From assembly GCA_016748015.1 (NCBI GenBank), contig JAAOMT010000563.1, positions 434,001-498,000 on the forward strand: DNA of 64,000 nucleotides, given 5' to 3'. The DNA comes from Geosiphon pyriformis uo1 (Eukaryota > Fungi > Glomeromycota). Positions within the stretch are counted from its first letter, which is position 1. Each line of letters starts with the position of its first letter. Positions 52,300 to 64,000 of the stretch are shown here, in pieces. The notes under the pieces were generated by a model. It ran no database searches. It was not told the origin of the DNA and worked only from the letters and a program-made list of their open reading frames with translations. A program made the position numbers and the translations under genes.

Positions 52300-55200
52300 A
52301 AAGACTTTTTTCTCTCTTATATCTACAAATCCTCAAAAAGTGCTTTTTTTGATAAAGAAGTTTTTTATTTTTTCTTGTTAGTATTTCACAATTTTTTTTT
52401 CTAATAACCCATTTTTCGTGGATCTGGAGGCTGCTTTTAGTAGTAACATATCTAAAAAAAGACACCAAAGAGTGCTTTTCATGGTCCTGCTGGTGGCTTC
52501 TTTTTGCAGAAGAAAAAAGTTGTGCTTGGGAATATCAAACACTCAGGTAATGAAAAAGATATCTCTCTGAACAAGTTCGAGCTTGGTAACAATGTGTTCT
52601 CTGATGTAGATAGTATGTCTGGTGACGAAAAAAGTGCTAACATGACTGGCATTAATGTTGGGTCTCTTCTGGATTCAGCTGCCAACACTCCTAAAGCCAA
52701 GCATATTAATACTGATGCCATTTTTGGTTCTCCTTTTGGATCTCCTAATTTTGTTATGGATAATGATAATGATGTCTCTTTTCCTTCTCACCTTTCAATT
52801 TCTCTAAAAAAGAAATGGATTGACCCAAAAATTATTAAAACTCAGGTTGAGGTGTTTGCCAAAAAATCCTTTGCTCTTAATATTAATCTTAGTGCTGTGG
52901 AAAGGAAATCAGCAATGGCAAAAACCCAGTTAATTAGAAATTTTTTTTTATTAGTCAATGGTTTTGGGGGGCCACTACCCCCTCAAAATTTGAAGGAATT
53001 ATCTGATCTATCTTCACTTCCGAAAAAAGCATGAATATGGCCATATTATTGGCCAGAGAAAAAAGGATCAATGTAAACAGCGATCTTAAAAGACAAAAAA
53101 TGAGGTCAGATTGGGCTGTAATAATCAAAAAAATTCCCATGGATGCACTTAAAGATATGATTGTTGCCACAGTATCTGAATTTGGGGAAATTAAGTTGAT
53201 TAAAATTCAATTAATTAGAATGTGGCAAAAGACTGTAGTGGAGTTTGCTGAATTGAACCAAGCTGATTTATTGGTCTCAAAGTGGTCATTCTTGATTGGT
53301 AAAAATTCTGTGTATGTAGCCAAAGCAGTGGAGAATTGTAAGACTTGGGCATCTAGGAATTGGTTCAAAGCACTTCTGTTTACTCTACCTGTAGGAACAA
53401 CTGCTCATGATTTGGGCAATCTTTTGGAAAGGGCTGGTAGAAAAACATGCATCATAAACAGGTCCATAGAAACTGGTAATAAAATTTGCTGTGCAGTAGT
53501 CAGCTTTATATCTAATGATAATCTAGAATCTGTCTTTCACACAAAGCCTATTTTCAATGAGATAAAACTCTCTTGGGCTAGAATGGATTTGGTTCATTGT
53601 GAGAAGTGTAGGCATTTTGGACATTCGGCTCTTGAGTGTAATACATCAGATGTAATCATGCTGCCATCATCTAAGGGATTATACAAAAGAGTGCTTCAGA
53701 GGAATTTCATTTTCAGCTTACTAAATTGTATGAAAAAAAATGTGTTCTAATATCTTGCCCTGCTGCTTTTGGTGGCAAATCTTGGGCCCAAGTGGTCTCA
53801 TTCTCTAAGTTTTCTGGTAATGTTCACTTTGAATTTGGTTTTAGTCTTTCTCTTTATAAACTTTCAGGTATTGGTGGTATTTTTCCTCCTGTGTTTACAG
53901 TCTCCTCTGGCTTAAGTGATTGTTTAGTGGTCTTAGAAAAATTCTTGGAGCTTTTGGTGGATCAGATGTCTGATATTATGAAGAAGCTGAGTTTTGTGGA
54001 ATTGGTGCCTCTGACATTTAAGTTGTCTGTCTCACTTTTGGTTGTTTCAGTGCCTTTGGGCTCTGTTGTGGATTCCAATATAACTCTAGATAATATGTTG
54101 ATATTTTCTGTCTTTCCTCCTTTAGTTATAGCAGACACAGTTGCAGATCTTAACTTGAGTAGCTCTAAAGTTTTAACCACCAAGGTGGGTGGATTGGAAT
54201 CTAAGTTGGTGGCTCTGGAAGTGTCAGTTGAGTCAGTTTTGGGGAAGTTAAATTAATTGTGTTCTGGTTTGGATTCACCAGCTCATATTATTTCTTAATG
54301 AGTGATTTGGTCTGGAAATTTGCCATGTGTAATGTTAGGAGTTTAAACAATTTAGCTAAACAGAAAGATGCTATTAGATAACATAAAGATTCTTGCAATT
54401 CAGTTTCTATTTTTACTGAAACTAAGCTTAAAGGTTGTGAGCCATGGATTAAAAATAGGTTTTTTGGTTTGAAAGTTTTTAGCTCTAGGATGAACTCTAG
54501 ACATTGTAAGTCAGGGGTTGTAATCATTTTGAATAACAATTTTGCTCATCATGTGTGTAAAATTTCAAAGATCCTTAGATGTCTTATTTCTGTTTATCTT
54601 CTTTTTGTCAACAAGGCTTCTGTTATGATTTTGGGTCTGTATGCTGGTGCTTCAGCTGGTGTAAGATTCAAGCAGGCTTTTGCTGTCAATGTTCTTATTG
54701 TATCGGCAATTAGCTCTAGCTTTTATATTCTTTTTGGTGGTAATTTTAATGAGAATGGGGCTGGGCGTAATGTGAGTTTCAAAAAATGCTCAGATTTGGG
54801 TTTACACAATATACTTTCAGCAAGTTTCATATCCAAGTTTCCTATGTGGTACAATTCCAGAGGGGTAAAGAAGACTATTGATTTCATTTTTGTGAGTAAT
54901 TATCTTTTGTCAGCTGTGTTTGGTAAATGCATTGGTAGAGTTTCTGACTATTTTAATATTGATCACTTGGCTGTGTTGATTTCAGTGGGGCTGGATGGCC
55001 TTTTAGACAAGCAGTTAAATACATTGCACAAGCTTGCAAACACAGACTATTGGAAGTTTAATTTTAAGGACTCAGATGCTGCTAAATGGAAATGTTTTGA
55101 TGATTGTGCTGCTGCTGATATATTGCTTTTGAGAGATGACTTTACTGCTGCTAAGGATCTTGGTGACTTGAATGCTATGTAGAAACTTTTGGAAAAGATG

Positions 55201-58200
55201 TTAACAAAGTCAGCAGACTCTATTTTTTCTAAACATTGGTACAGTACTTTTGACTGTTCCAGAAACAAACATTCATCTAGATTCTACAAGCTTGAATTGT
55301 TAATTGTCAAGATAGTTAAGGCTCTGAGTATGGGTAATTCTCTGAGATTTGTTTGTTTTGTTAAAATTTGGTCAGTTTTGGATGATGTGGAATCCTCCAA
55401 AATTTCTGGTTTGCTTGATACATATAGTGGTTCTGTAGAGGTTTTTAAACAATTGTCAGTTGCTAAAAAACATTATTATAAGACTAAATATATCGAATCT
55501 AAGCTGGCTAAGAATGTTTCTATCAACAGAGCAATTAGTAAACACATGGATGACTTTGTTTCAGGAAAGGGTAATATGATCAATAGTATTTTAGAGCACC
55601 TTTTTTGCAAGGTTGTTCTTGATTACTTGGTATTGAATAGAGACTTAATTCTGGAACTGGTTGAAGTAAAAGCCAAAGTTGATGATATTATGGTTGATTG
55701 AACTAGGAAACACAAAGTACCTGAATCAATGCCTGATCTGTGGTCCCGTCAGTATGCTCCTTTAGACTATGTAGTTGACAATGCTTTTTCTAGAATAATG
55801 AATGAAATCAAGTTGGATGATTTATGTGCAGTTGTAAAGAATTTGCCAGATGACAAAGCTGCTGGCCTCTTGGGTGTCTCAAATGAACTTTGAAAACATA
55901 GTGGTGATTTGGTGTTAGGTTGTCTTCTGGACTTGCTGAATTCTTGCCTCGTGTATGAAGATGTTCTAGCTTTGTGGAAATGCATCTGGATCTCTATGAT
56001 TTCTAAATCATACAAATAGAAAAGATGCCTTACTAATACATGGCCAATTGCTTTAATAGAAACTGCTTATAAAATTTTGTCAAAAATTTTTTCTGACCAT
56101 ATATTTTTGGCTTGCAACACATTTAATGTTCTCAGAGGTGACAATTTTTCAGTCTTAAAAGGTACTTCAACTCAGTTGTCTATGTTTGTTATTGGATCAA
56201 TTATAGAGGATGTCTTGAAAAAGAATAGAGAACTTTGGCTGGTATTGCAAGACATATGAAAGACTTATGACTTTGTAAGATAGTTTCATCTAAGGTCTAG
56301 TTTGAGATGCATTAAAATGTGCAATAGATTTATTAAATTTTTTGAAAATATCCATTTGAACAGAACCAACAAGGTTATAACAGATTTTGGTCTCTCTGAT
56401 AGTTATAAGGTGTTGAATGGACTTGACCAAGGTGAAGTGTTTTCTCTACTTCTTTGGAGAATTTTTTATGATCCTCTTTTGTGTGAAATCAAAAGTCAAG
56501 AACACTTGTGTGAATACAGAATTGACTCAAAATTTGTTGCTAAGTCAGACAAAGTGGAATCACAGACAGAGATAACATCTTTCTTTGCTGCTAAGGTGTT
56601 TATGAATGATACAATCTGGGTGGGCAGTAGTCAAGCTGCCACCCAACATATTTTGAATGTTGTAAGTGAGTTTTTTGCTCTCAATAATATTTCTATAAAC
56701 ACAGAAAAAACTGTCACCATTTCTCTCAATCAAAGAGTAAAGGACATTTCCTTGACCATTAGTGGCACACTGATTGCTGTGGCCAGAAAGAGTAAATCTT
56801 ATCATTATTTGGGCATTTTTTTATCAATGGAAGGATTTTTAAAGCTGAGTTTGCTGAAAATGCATTCAGATGTGCACTTTTTTTCGAATGTGGTTTTGCA
56901 CAAAGCTATATCTGATAAACAATTCTGTTATCTAGTATTATCTATCTTGCAATCTATTATCAGCTACAGGATCCAGTTTAGTTTCATTCTTAGTGCTGTT
57001 TGCTCTAGATGAGATGCTATTATTAGGAAAAGCTTAAAATTTAAGGCACATCTCCCTCATAATTTTCTTATAACTGTATTGTTACATTTTTCATTTTATG
57101 GCATCAAAACATTCATCCAGGTACAGTCTGAAAGTAAATCATCTTCCATCATTAATTTTGCAAATGCTCCAGGTATTTTGGGATGATTTTTCATTTATTA
57201 GAGTTTGGATTTGCAAGTTGCCAGCTGGTTACCTGTTCATCTGTTGTGCCATCCTATCAGATTACAGGTCAGTCCTAGGGATAATTTTTTCATTCTGTGG
57301 ACTGTCTTTTTTTACTCTGTTAACAGCTTTTTGTTGCTCCATTGGAATGCCAATCTCTAAAGTTCTCAGTGACAGTATATTCTTCAGAGTGGCCTGTTCA
57401 CTGATGCACTATGGAATTGCTTTTGTAGATTAACTGTTAAACAAAAAGAGTAAGTGCTTTGACTGGAAATGCTTTAAGCGTTAGAAGTGGTTGGATCTAT
57501 GTGGCTCTGTTCTGGTCTGGTTTGACTCGGCTATTCACTTTTTGGGTGCTCGTTTGCTAGCTGCTAATGTCAAGCCATATATGTCTGTTGTTTGTCTAGT
57601 GTATTCTGTTGTTGCCAGTGCAATCAGTGAGACTTAAACTATTCTTTTGAATTCTGGTCTCGTTTGATATGTATATAGATAGTTTTGTAAAACAATTTGG
57701 CTCTTGTTTTGTCATAGCCGGTGCTGCTGCATTCTTCTCAAAGTTTGGTCTTAGTGTTGGTATGAGAGTTTAGGGAGTTATGTCATCTACTTTAGTAGAA
57801 CTTAAGGTCATTGCTCTCACACTTGCCTGTCTCTCTTCAGGTAGCAGTGTTTTTATTCACTTTGATAGCCAGGCTGCTCTTTCTGCTTGTTTAGACAAAT
57901 TGCTTTTGGCTCATCCTAATTTTAGAAAGAATCTATGAATGAAGTGTAGGCAAATAGTCAACTTTATTAGAAGGAAGTCACTTGCTATGGCATGGCTCAA
58001 AGTCAAAGACTATTCTGGCATCCTGGGAAATGAGCATGCTAATGAGATTGTCTCAGATGCCTGCTGATGTGATGTCTTATTTTCTACTTATGTCAATGAG
58101 TTTTTTTTAAAATTGAGTGATCTGGTGCTATTTTGTAATGTTAGACACTATATTAGAGACTTTTTTTGAACATTATATCAAACAAATTGGGAAAATAAGT

Positions 58201-60447
58201 TTAGTTNNNNNNNNNNNNNNNNNNNNATCATTATTTGGGCATTTTTTTATCAATGGAAGGATTTTTAAAGCTGAGTTTGCTGAAAATGCATTCAGATGTG
58301 CACTTTTTTTCGAATGTGGTTTTGCACAAAGCTATATCTGATAAACAATTCTGTTATCTAGTATTATCTATCTTGCAATCTATTATCAGCTACAGGATCC
58401 AGTTTAGTTTCATTCTTAGTGCTGTTTGCTCTAGATGAGATGCTATTATTAGGAAAAGCTTAAAATTTAAGGCACATCTCCCTCATAATTTTCTTATAAC
58501 TGTATTGTTACATTTTTCATTTTATGGCATCAAAACATTCATCCAGGTACAGTCTGAAAGTAAATCATCTTCCATCATTAATTTTGCAAATGCTCCAGGT
58601 ATTTTGGGATGATTTTTCATTTATTAGAGTTTGGATTTGCAAGTTGCCAGCTGGTTACCTGTTCATCTGTTGTGCCATCCTATCAGATTACAGGTCAGTC
58701 CTAGGGATAATTTTTTCATTCTGTGGACTGTCTTTTTTTACTCTGTTAACAGCTTTTTGTTGCTCCATTGGAATGCCAATCTCTAAAGTTCTCAGTGACA
58801 GTATATTCTTCAGAGTGGCCTGTTCACTGATGCACTATGGAATTGCTTTTGTAGATTAACTGTTAAACAAAAAGAGTAAGTGCTTTGACTGGAAATGCTT
58901 TAAGCGTTAGAAGTGGTTGGATCTATGTGGCTCTGTTCTGGTCTGGTTTGACTCGGCTATTCACTTTTTGGGTGCTCGTTTGCTAGCTGCTAATGTCAAG
59001 CCATATATGTCTGTTGTTTGTCTAGTGTATTCTGTTGTTGCCAGTGCAATCAGTGAGACTTAAACTATTCTTTTGAATTCTGGTCTCGTTTGATATGTAT
59101 ATAGATAGTTTTGTAAAACAATTTGGCTCTTGTTTTGTCATAGCCGGTGCTGCTGCATTCTTCTCAAAGTTTGGTCTTAGTGTTGGTATGAGAGTTTAGG
59201 GAGTTATGTCATCTACTTTAGTAGAACTTAAGGTCATTGCTCTCACACTTGCCTGTCTCTCTTCAGGTAGCAGTGTTTTTATTCACTTTGATAGCCAGGC
59301 TGCTCTTTCTGCTTGTTTAGACAAATTGCTTTTGGCTCATCCTAATTTTAGAAAGAATCTATGAATGAAGTGTAGGCAAATAGTCAACTTTATTAGAAGG
59401 AAGTCACTTGCTATGGCATGGCTCAAAGTCAAAGACTATTCTGGCATCCTGGGAAATGAGCATGCTAATGAGATTGTCTCAGATGCCTGCTGATGTGATG
59501 TCTTATTTTCTACTTATGTCAATGAGTTTTTTTTAAAATTGAGTGATCTGGTGCTATTTTGTAATGTTAGACACTATATTAGAGACTTTTTTTGAACATT
59601 ATATCAAACAAATTGGGAAAATAAGTTTAGTTCCAAAATTAGCAATACTTGTAATATCAATTTAGTGGATTGGAAAAGAACTTTTGCAGTTTGGCACCCT
59701 AATAGTCATATAGCCATTTGCTTGTAGTAGCCTGCAAGCATGTGTACTGTATTGCTTATCCTAGTGTTAAGTATCTGTTTTGTAATAAGATTGACACATC
59801 TGAACATTCTTTTGTGTGCTTCTCTGATATGTTGGCTCATAATAAAATCTTATCTGGGTTTTGTGCAAGATGGTCATCACTGTCTAATGTCATTGTCTCT
59901 TTTTCTATGATGGTGTAGGACCTATCTTTTAGTGTGAGTAATGCTGGATTTTATTCCATGTTGGCTAAAGGCTTTGTGCTGAATGGCTGGTACTGTGAGG
60001 CTTTGGATGTTCTTGGTTGCTCTGTTGTAGCTGATGCAATGGTGATTGATTTTGTCAGGGACCTGGCTTCATCACACAGATTTGTGATATGATACGGAAG
60101 ATCTAATCACCAATTGTCCATAGAAAAAGCAGAAAAAATAGTCACTGATAGCAGTATGTTGCATTTAGTGATTATTATTAGAGATAGGTTGAGTGTTGGA
60201 GTTGTCAGATTGCTTAATATAGATGAGACCAGAAGAGTATATTCTGGTCTACATACTAGTTGTCAGATTTTTTCAGATATGGAGAGTATGATATCAGTGA
60301 TAACTAATTTGTAATATAGTTTAGACTGGTCTGAGTGGCTGGTTACATATTATAAGTGCATAAATTGCATTTAGCTTTGTAATGTATATATATCTCATGT
60401 TTTCTAAATAGCAATTGGACTACATTCGTTAAACCAAAATAAAAAAT
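52300..60447 (+). mobile_element. LINE copy D, head-to-tail after copy C (ORF1 about 52450-54301; ORF2 54298-60314; contains the gap and artefactual duplication)
   Basis: The 5' UTR is nearly identical to copy B's. Motifs CEKCRHFGHSALEC, WKFAMCNVR, TETKL and GLDQGEVFSLLLW are present, plus RNase H remnants and a 3' UTR homologous to B and C. Confidence 0.92.
58207..58226. other. Assembly gap (20 N) flanked by an apparently identical 1406-bp overlap (56801-58206 = 58227-59632)
   Basis: Identical ORFs occur at offset 1426 (57098 and 58524). Confidence 0.95.
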
Positions 60448-63420
60448 ATATATATATAATTAAATTTATTCAAAAAAGTTATTTTTTACATAATAACAAC
60501 TAATTTATAATATTTAAAACCAAACCAATTATTAAAAAATACCAATATTTTTTTAATTATAAAAATTTTTTTTTATTTTAATATTTAAAAAGAAAAATAT
60601 TTATTAATTTTATTATTAAAATATTTTTAATATTTAACCTACTTTATTTTAATATTGTTAAAATTTTGATCTAATTTTGTTAATCTAATATGGTTTTTAA
60701 ATATTAAAAAAATATTGCAAACTAAAATTTAAATTTAAATATCAAGTGATCATTATTTTATAACTGTAATAAATTTTAACATATAATCTAAATTTTACAA
60801 AATTAGTAAAATTAGTTTAAAATTATTTACTTGTCAATTTTAATTAAAAATAAAAATAAAAATAAAAATAAAAATAAAAATAAAATAAAATGAATTTAAA
60901 ATATGTTTTTTCAATATAAATTTTGTAAATTATAAATTTTTTAATTATTAAATTTCAGTTTAAATTAGAGTTTTAATTTTTAAAAATCAATTTTTTATCA
61001 AAATAATTAAAAAATCAAAAAATTATAATTTTAAAAATATTATTTTAATATTTAAAATATTAATAAAAATTAATTAATTGAAAATTAAAAATAAATAAAT
61101 ATATAACTAAGACATAAAAAGATGATAATAATATATATTTAAAAAAAAAGCTTTTTTTTATATAAAATTTATTTAATATTAATAAAATTTTAAAACAATT
61201 TTTATTTAAATTAATTAAATTTTACTTAAACTATTTAATATTTATTTAAAATACATAAATTTTAACTTAAACTATTTGAATTTTATTTTATATTAAAAAT
61301 CTATAATTTTGTATATAATTTACATATTCTTTGTAATTTAATAGTAATTTTGTTATATATTATTAATTAAAAGTAATCATTAATTTAAAATAAATTAATT
61401 AATTAAAAATTAGATAATAAATAATTAAACAAATACAATAAATTATAAATTATAAAAAATTATAATATTTTTTTTATGTTTTTTAAACTTTTTTATTTTT
61501 GTTAATAATAATATACTAATTAGAATTAAGTTTAATAAATATTTTGCTACTATTATTATCTAAATAAAAAAAAACTGTTGTTTATAATCAGATTTAAATT
61601 AAATATTACACAACTGGTATAAATATCAAAAAAACTTAAAAAATTAATACTATATTTTTTACAAGAAAAAAATAGACTATAAAATAAAATTAATATTCTA
61701 GAAAAATGTTAAAAAGACTTTTAAATATTATAATTATTAAAAAAAATAGAAAAAGTAGGTTTTTATTTTTTTATTATTTGTTTTAATTGTAACTATAAAA
61801 ATATAAAAAAAAAGTTTTTTTTTAAAATACTAAAAAACAATTTTTTTAATTGTATAATATTTATGCTATTTTATTTTAACAATATTAATTTTATTTTGGT
61901 TTTAAACAATAATTTTATACTTATTTTAAATTATAATAATAATATGTTAATTAAATTTAATTTGAATTAATATTTAATTGTTATTTTTTAAGTAAAAAAA
62001 CTAGCTAATAATAAACAAAATATAATTAATATGTGATAACAAAAAATATTAAGCTTTTAGAAATTATTTTATATAATTAAAAATATGTATATATATAATA
62101 ATTTTATTTTAAAACAAAAAATTTAGATTAAAATTAAAAAAAAACAAATTTTTTTTTATTTCAAATAAAAATATTTTTAAAATATTTATAAATTAAATTT
62201 TATTTTTTTGTTTTTAAAACTTATTTATTTTTTTTTAAAAAAATCAAGTATTATTAACATAATACTTTTTAAATTATAACTTAAACTAATTATTCTTAAT
62301 TATGATTATTAATAATATATTAATTTTTTTTTAGGAATTATTGGTTAGTCCAAAAAAGCCAAAAGTATATAAAAAATAGTTTGATATTTTAATGGTTTAA
62401 TAAATTAAAAATATTAAAAATAACAAATTTATAGCTTATTAAAAAACAAAAAACAATATTAGACTTTATTAATTATAATTAAGTAATACAAAGTAAACTA
62501 AATATTATTATAATTAGTTATTGTATTAACTCTATATTATTTAAGAAAAATGCTTCAAAAAAACACTGTTTAATTGTTTTTACTTTTAAGAAGGGTTTTT
62601 AAATAGTAAATTATAAAAAAAAGTTTGCTTGTTTTTTATATTTTTGGCTTTAAATATAATTATAAAAACACAAAAAAAATAGATTATTAAATATTAAAAA
62701 ACAAAAATTAATAATTTTTAATCTGTTATAATCGAATCTTTTAATTTTTAATTTTATTAATTATCTAATTATATTTAGTTATATGTATTAACCACCCTAT
62801 TTTTAGAATTAGTTATTAATAAATAAATATAATATTATTAAATAAAAAATAGTTTAAATTTTAAATTTTGTAAAATTTCAATTTGTTGATTTTTTACAGC
62901 TTTAAAAAAATTTATTGTTTAGAAAATAACAAAACATTTTTATAATAAATAAAATATTTAATCGACTAGAACAATATTATTGTTTTAGAAATAAATATTT
63001 GCATTGTATAATTGATTTTTTAAACAAAATACTTTTTTTTAAATACAGGCTATTTTATTATGTTAAAACTTTATAATTATATATAAAAATAATAATACAA
63101 AAATCAACAAAATCCAAATAAATATTAAATAAAAATCATTTGAAATTTTAAATTATATTTTTAATAAATTTTGTTTTTTTATTGGTTTTGCTATTATATT
63201 TTAAAAATTTCATCAAATGTCTTGTTAAGTTTTTATATATTGATTCAACTTTTTAAATTTTTATTTATATATATATTCTATTATATATTTAGTTTTACAT
63301 TATTTATTTGTGAAATTTTGATTATTATATTATATTTAATATTATTAAATTTGTTATAATAAAAAATTAAAATTTTGTATTAGATTTTAAATTTAATATT
63401 CAGGTTAAAAATTAATTATG
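60448..63420. repeat. AT desert with a (TAAAAA)n run at about 60845-60890
   Basis: Near-pure A/T. 61205-61370 aligns with 26780-26940. Confidence 0.6.
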
Positions 63421-63429
63421 AAAAAAATG

Positions 63430-64000
63430 AAACTCCAGTGCTAATTTGATTTTTCCCAAAGACTGCAGATTGAAATATCAATATTTCAAAGCTTTTTATA
63501 TCTTACCAATGATACCTCAACAATACATTCACGCTATATACGCCCAATATCAGAACTTTTCATGCTCATTCGCAAATTTTAGCAGCAAGATCACATATTT
63601 TGTCGTAGCACTCTCTAGTAATTGGGTTAAAAGGGAAAACCAAGCCATTATCTTCGCTGAACTTAATATTTCAAAGTATTTTGGCCAATATGAATTCATA
63701 TTTTTATTTTCTTGTAAAGATATATTTATAATAACGAGATTTCTCTTGAGTACCTACCATTTTAGAATTGCTTGTTTACCGCTGATGAGCTTATTGTAGA
63801 GAATGTTATTGATTCCCTTGAAGACTTCTTGATTTAACACCACCCAAAAGAGCTAGAAAAAAATTTCGGCAATTTGCACAAAACTTCATTTATGCATGAT
63901 TCTTTCAAAAAGTTACAAAATTTCTCCACCAAAATAGCTTTCAACAATCCAGCTATAGTCTTCAACTCGCAAGATTTCACCTCCCTTAGTGAAAATGCTC
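63430..64000. other. CpG-retaining sequence, probably the edge of the next gene island; possibly the 3' end of a minus-strand gene
   Basis: GC and CpG return to gene-island levels. A minus frame reads ...AFSLRGGEILRVEDYSWIVESYFGGEIL*, but I recognise no family. Confidence 0.3.

Noticed and set aside
56801-59632. Apparent 1.4-kb tandem duplication inside LINE D
   Set aside because: The copies look identical and abut a 20-N gap, while every real repeat here is heavily mutated. This is an unmerged contig overlap.
28271-60314. Alternative genetic code or programmed readthrough to explain the many in-frame stops
   Set aside because: Stop positions differ between copies, all three stop types occur, and host genes use the standard code. 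The stops are mutational.
63446-63799. 117-aa plus-strand ORF
   Set aside because: It has a non-ATG start and no recognisable motif, so I cannot support it as a gene.

Overview
AT-rich fungal genomic DNA, most consistent with Glomeromycotina. The repeat proteins resemble those I recall from Geosiphon pyriformis, but I have not verified that. The window has two compartments. (1) A CpG-retaining, intron-rich gene island at about 5.6-24.2 kb: Arb2/FAM172-family Argonaute-binding protein (+), TRAPP subunit Trs31/TRAPPC5 (-), Elongin C (+), Mediator Med31/Soh1 (-), COP9 signalosome CSN6 (-), a small secreted protein gene broken by one premature stop (+), and a complete 14-exon Argonaute with a DEDD tetrad (+). 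(2) Repeat DNA: four copies of an RNase H-carrying LINE (RRM/CCHC ORF1; APE-RT-RNH-ZnF ORF2). One copy is split by a full-length 10.1-kb Ty3/Gypsy element with a giant gag-pol (long Gag N-extension, Cys-rich insert, dUTPase between protease and RT), an extra ORF3, TA...TA LTR ends and a tRNA-Ile(UAU)-like PBS. All repeats carry C:G>T:A transitions in CpG and non-CpG contexts and grade into near-pure A/T deserts that still hold ghost homologies. The strongest leads are a RIP-like repeat-hypermutation process in a lineage where RIP is not established, the Arb2-Argonaute linkage, and the accessory domains of the LTR element. The 1.4-kb duplication around the N-gap at 58.2 kb is an assembly artefact. 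Exon structures and counts were derived by hand.
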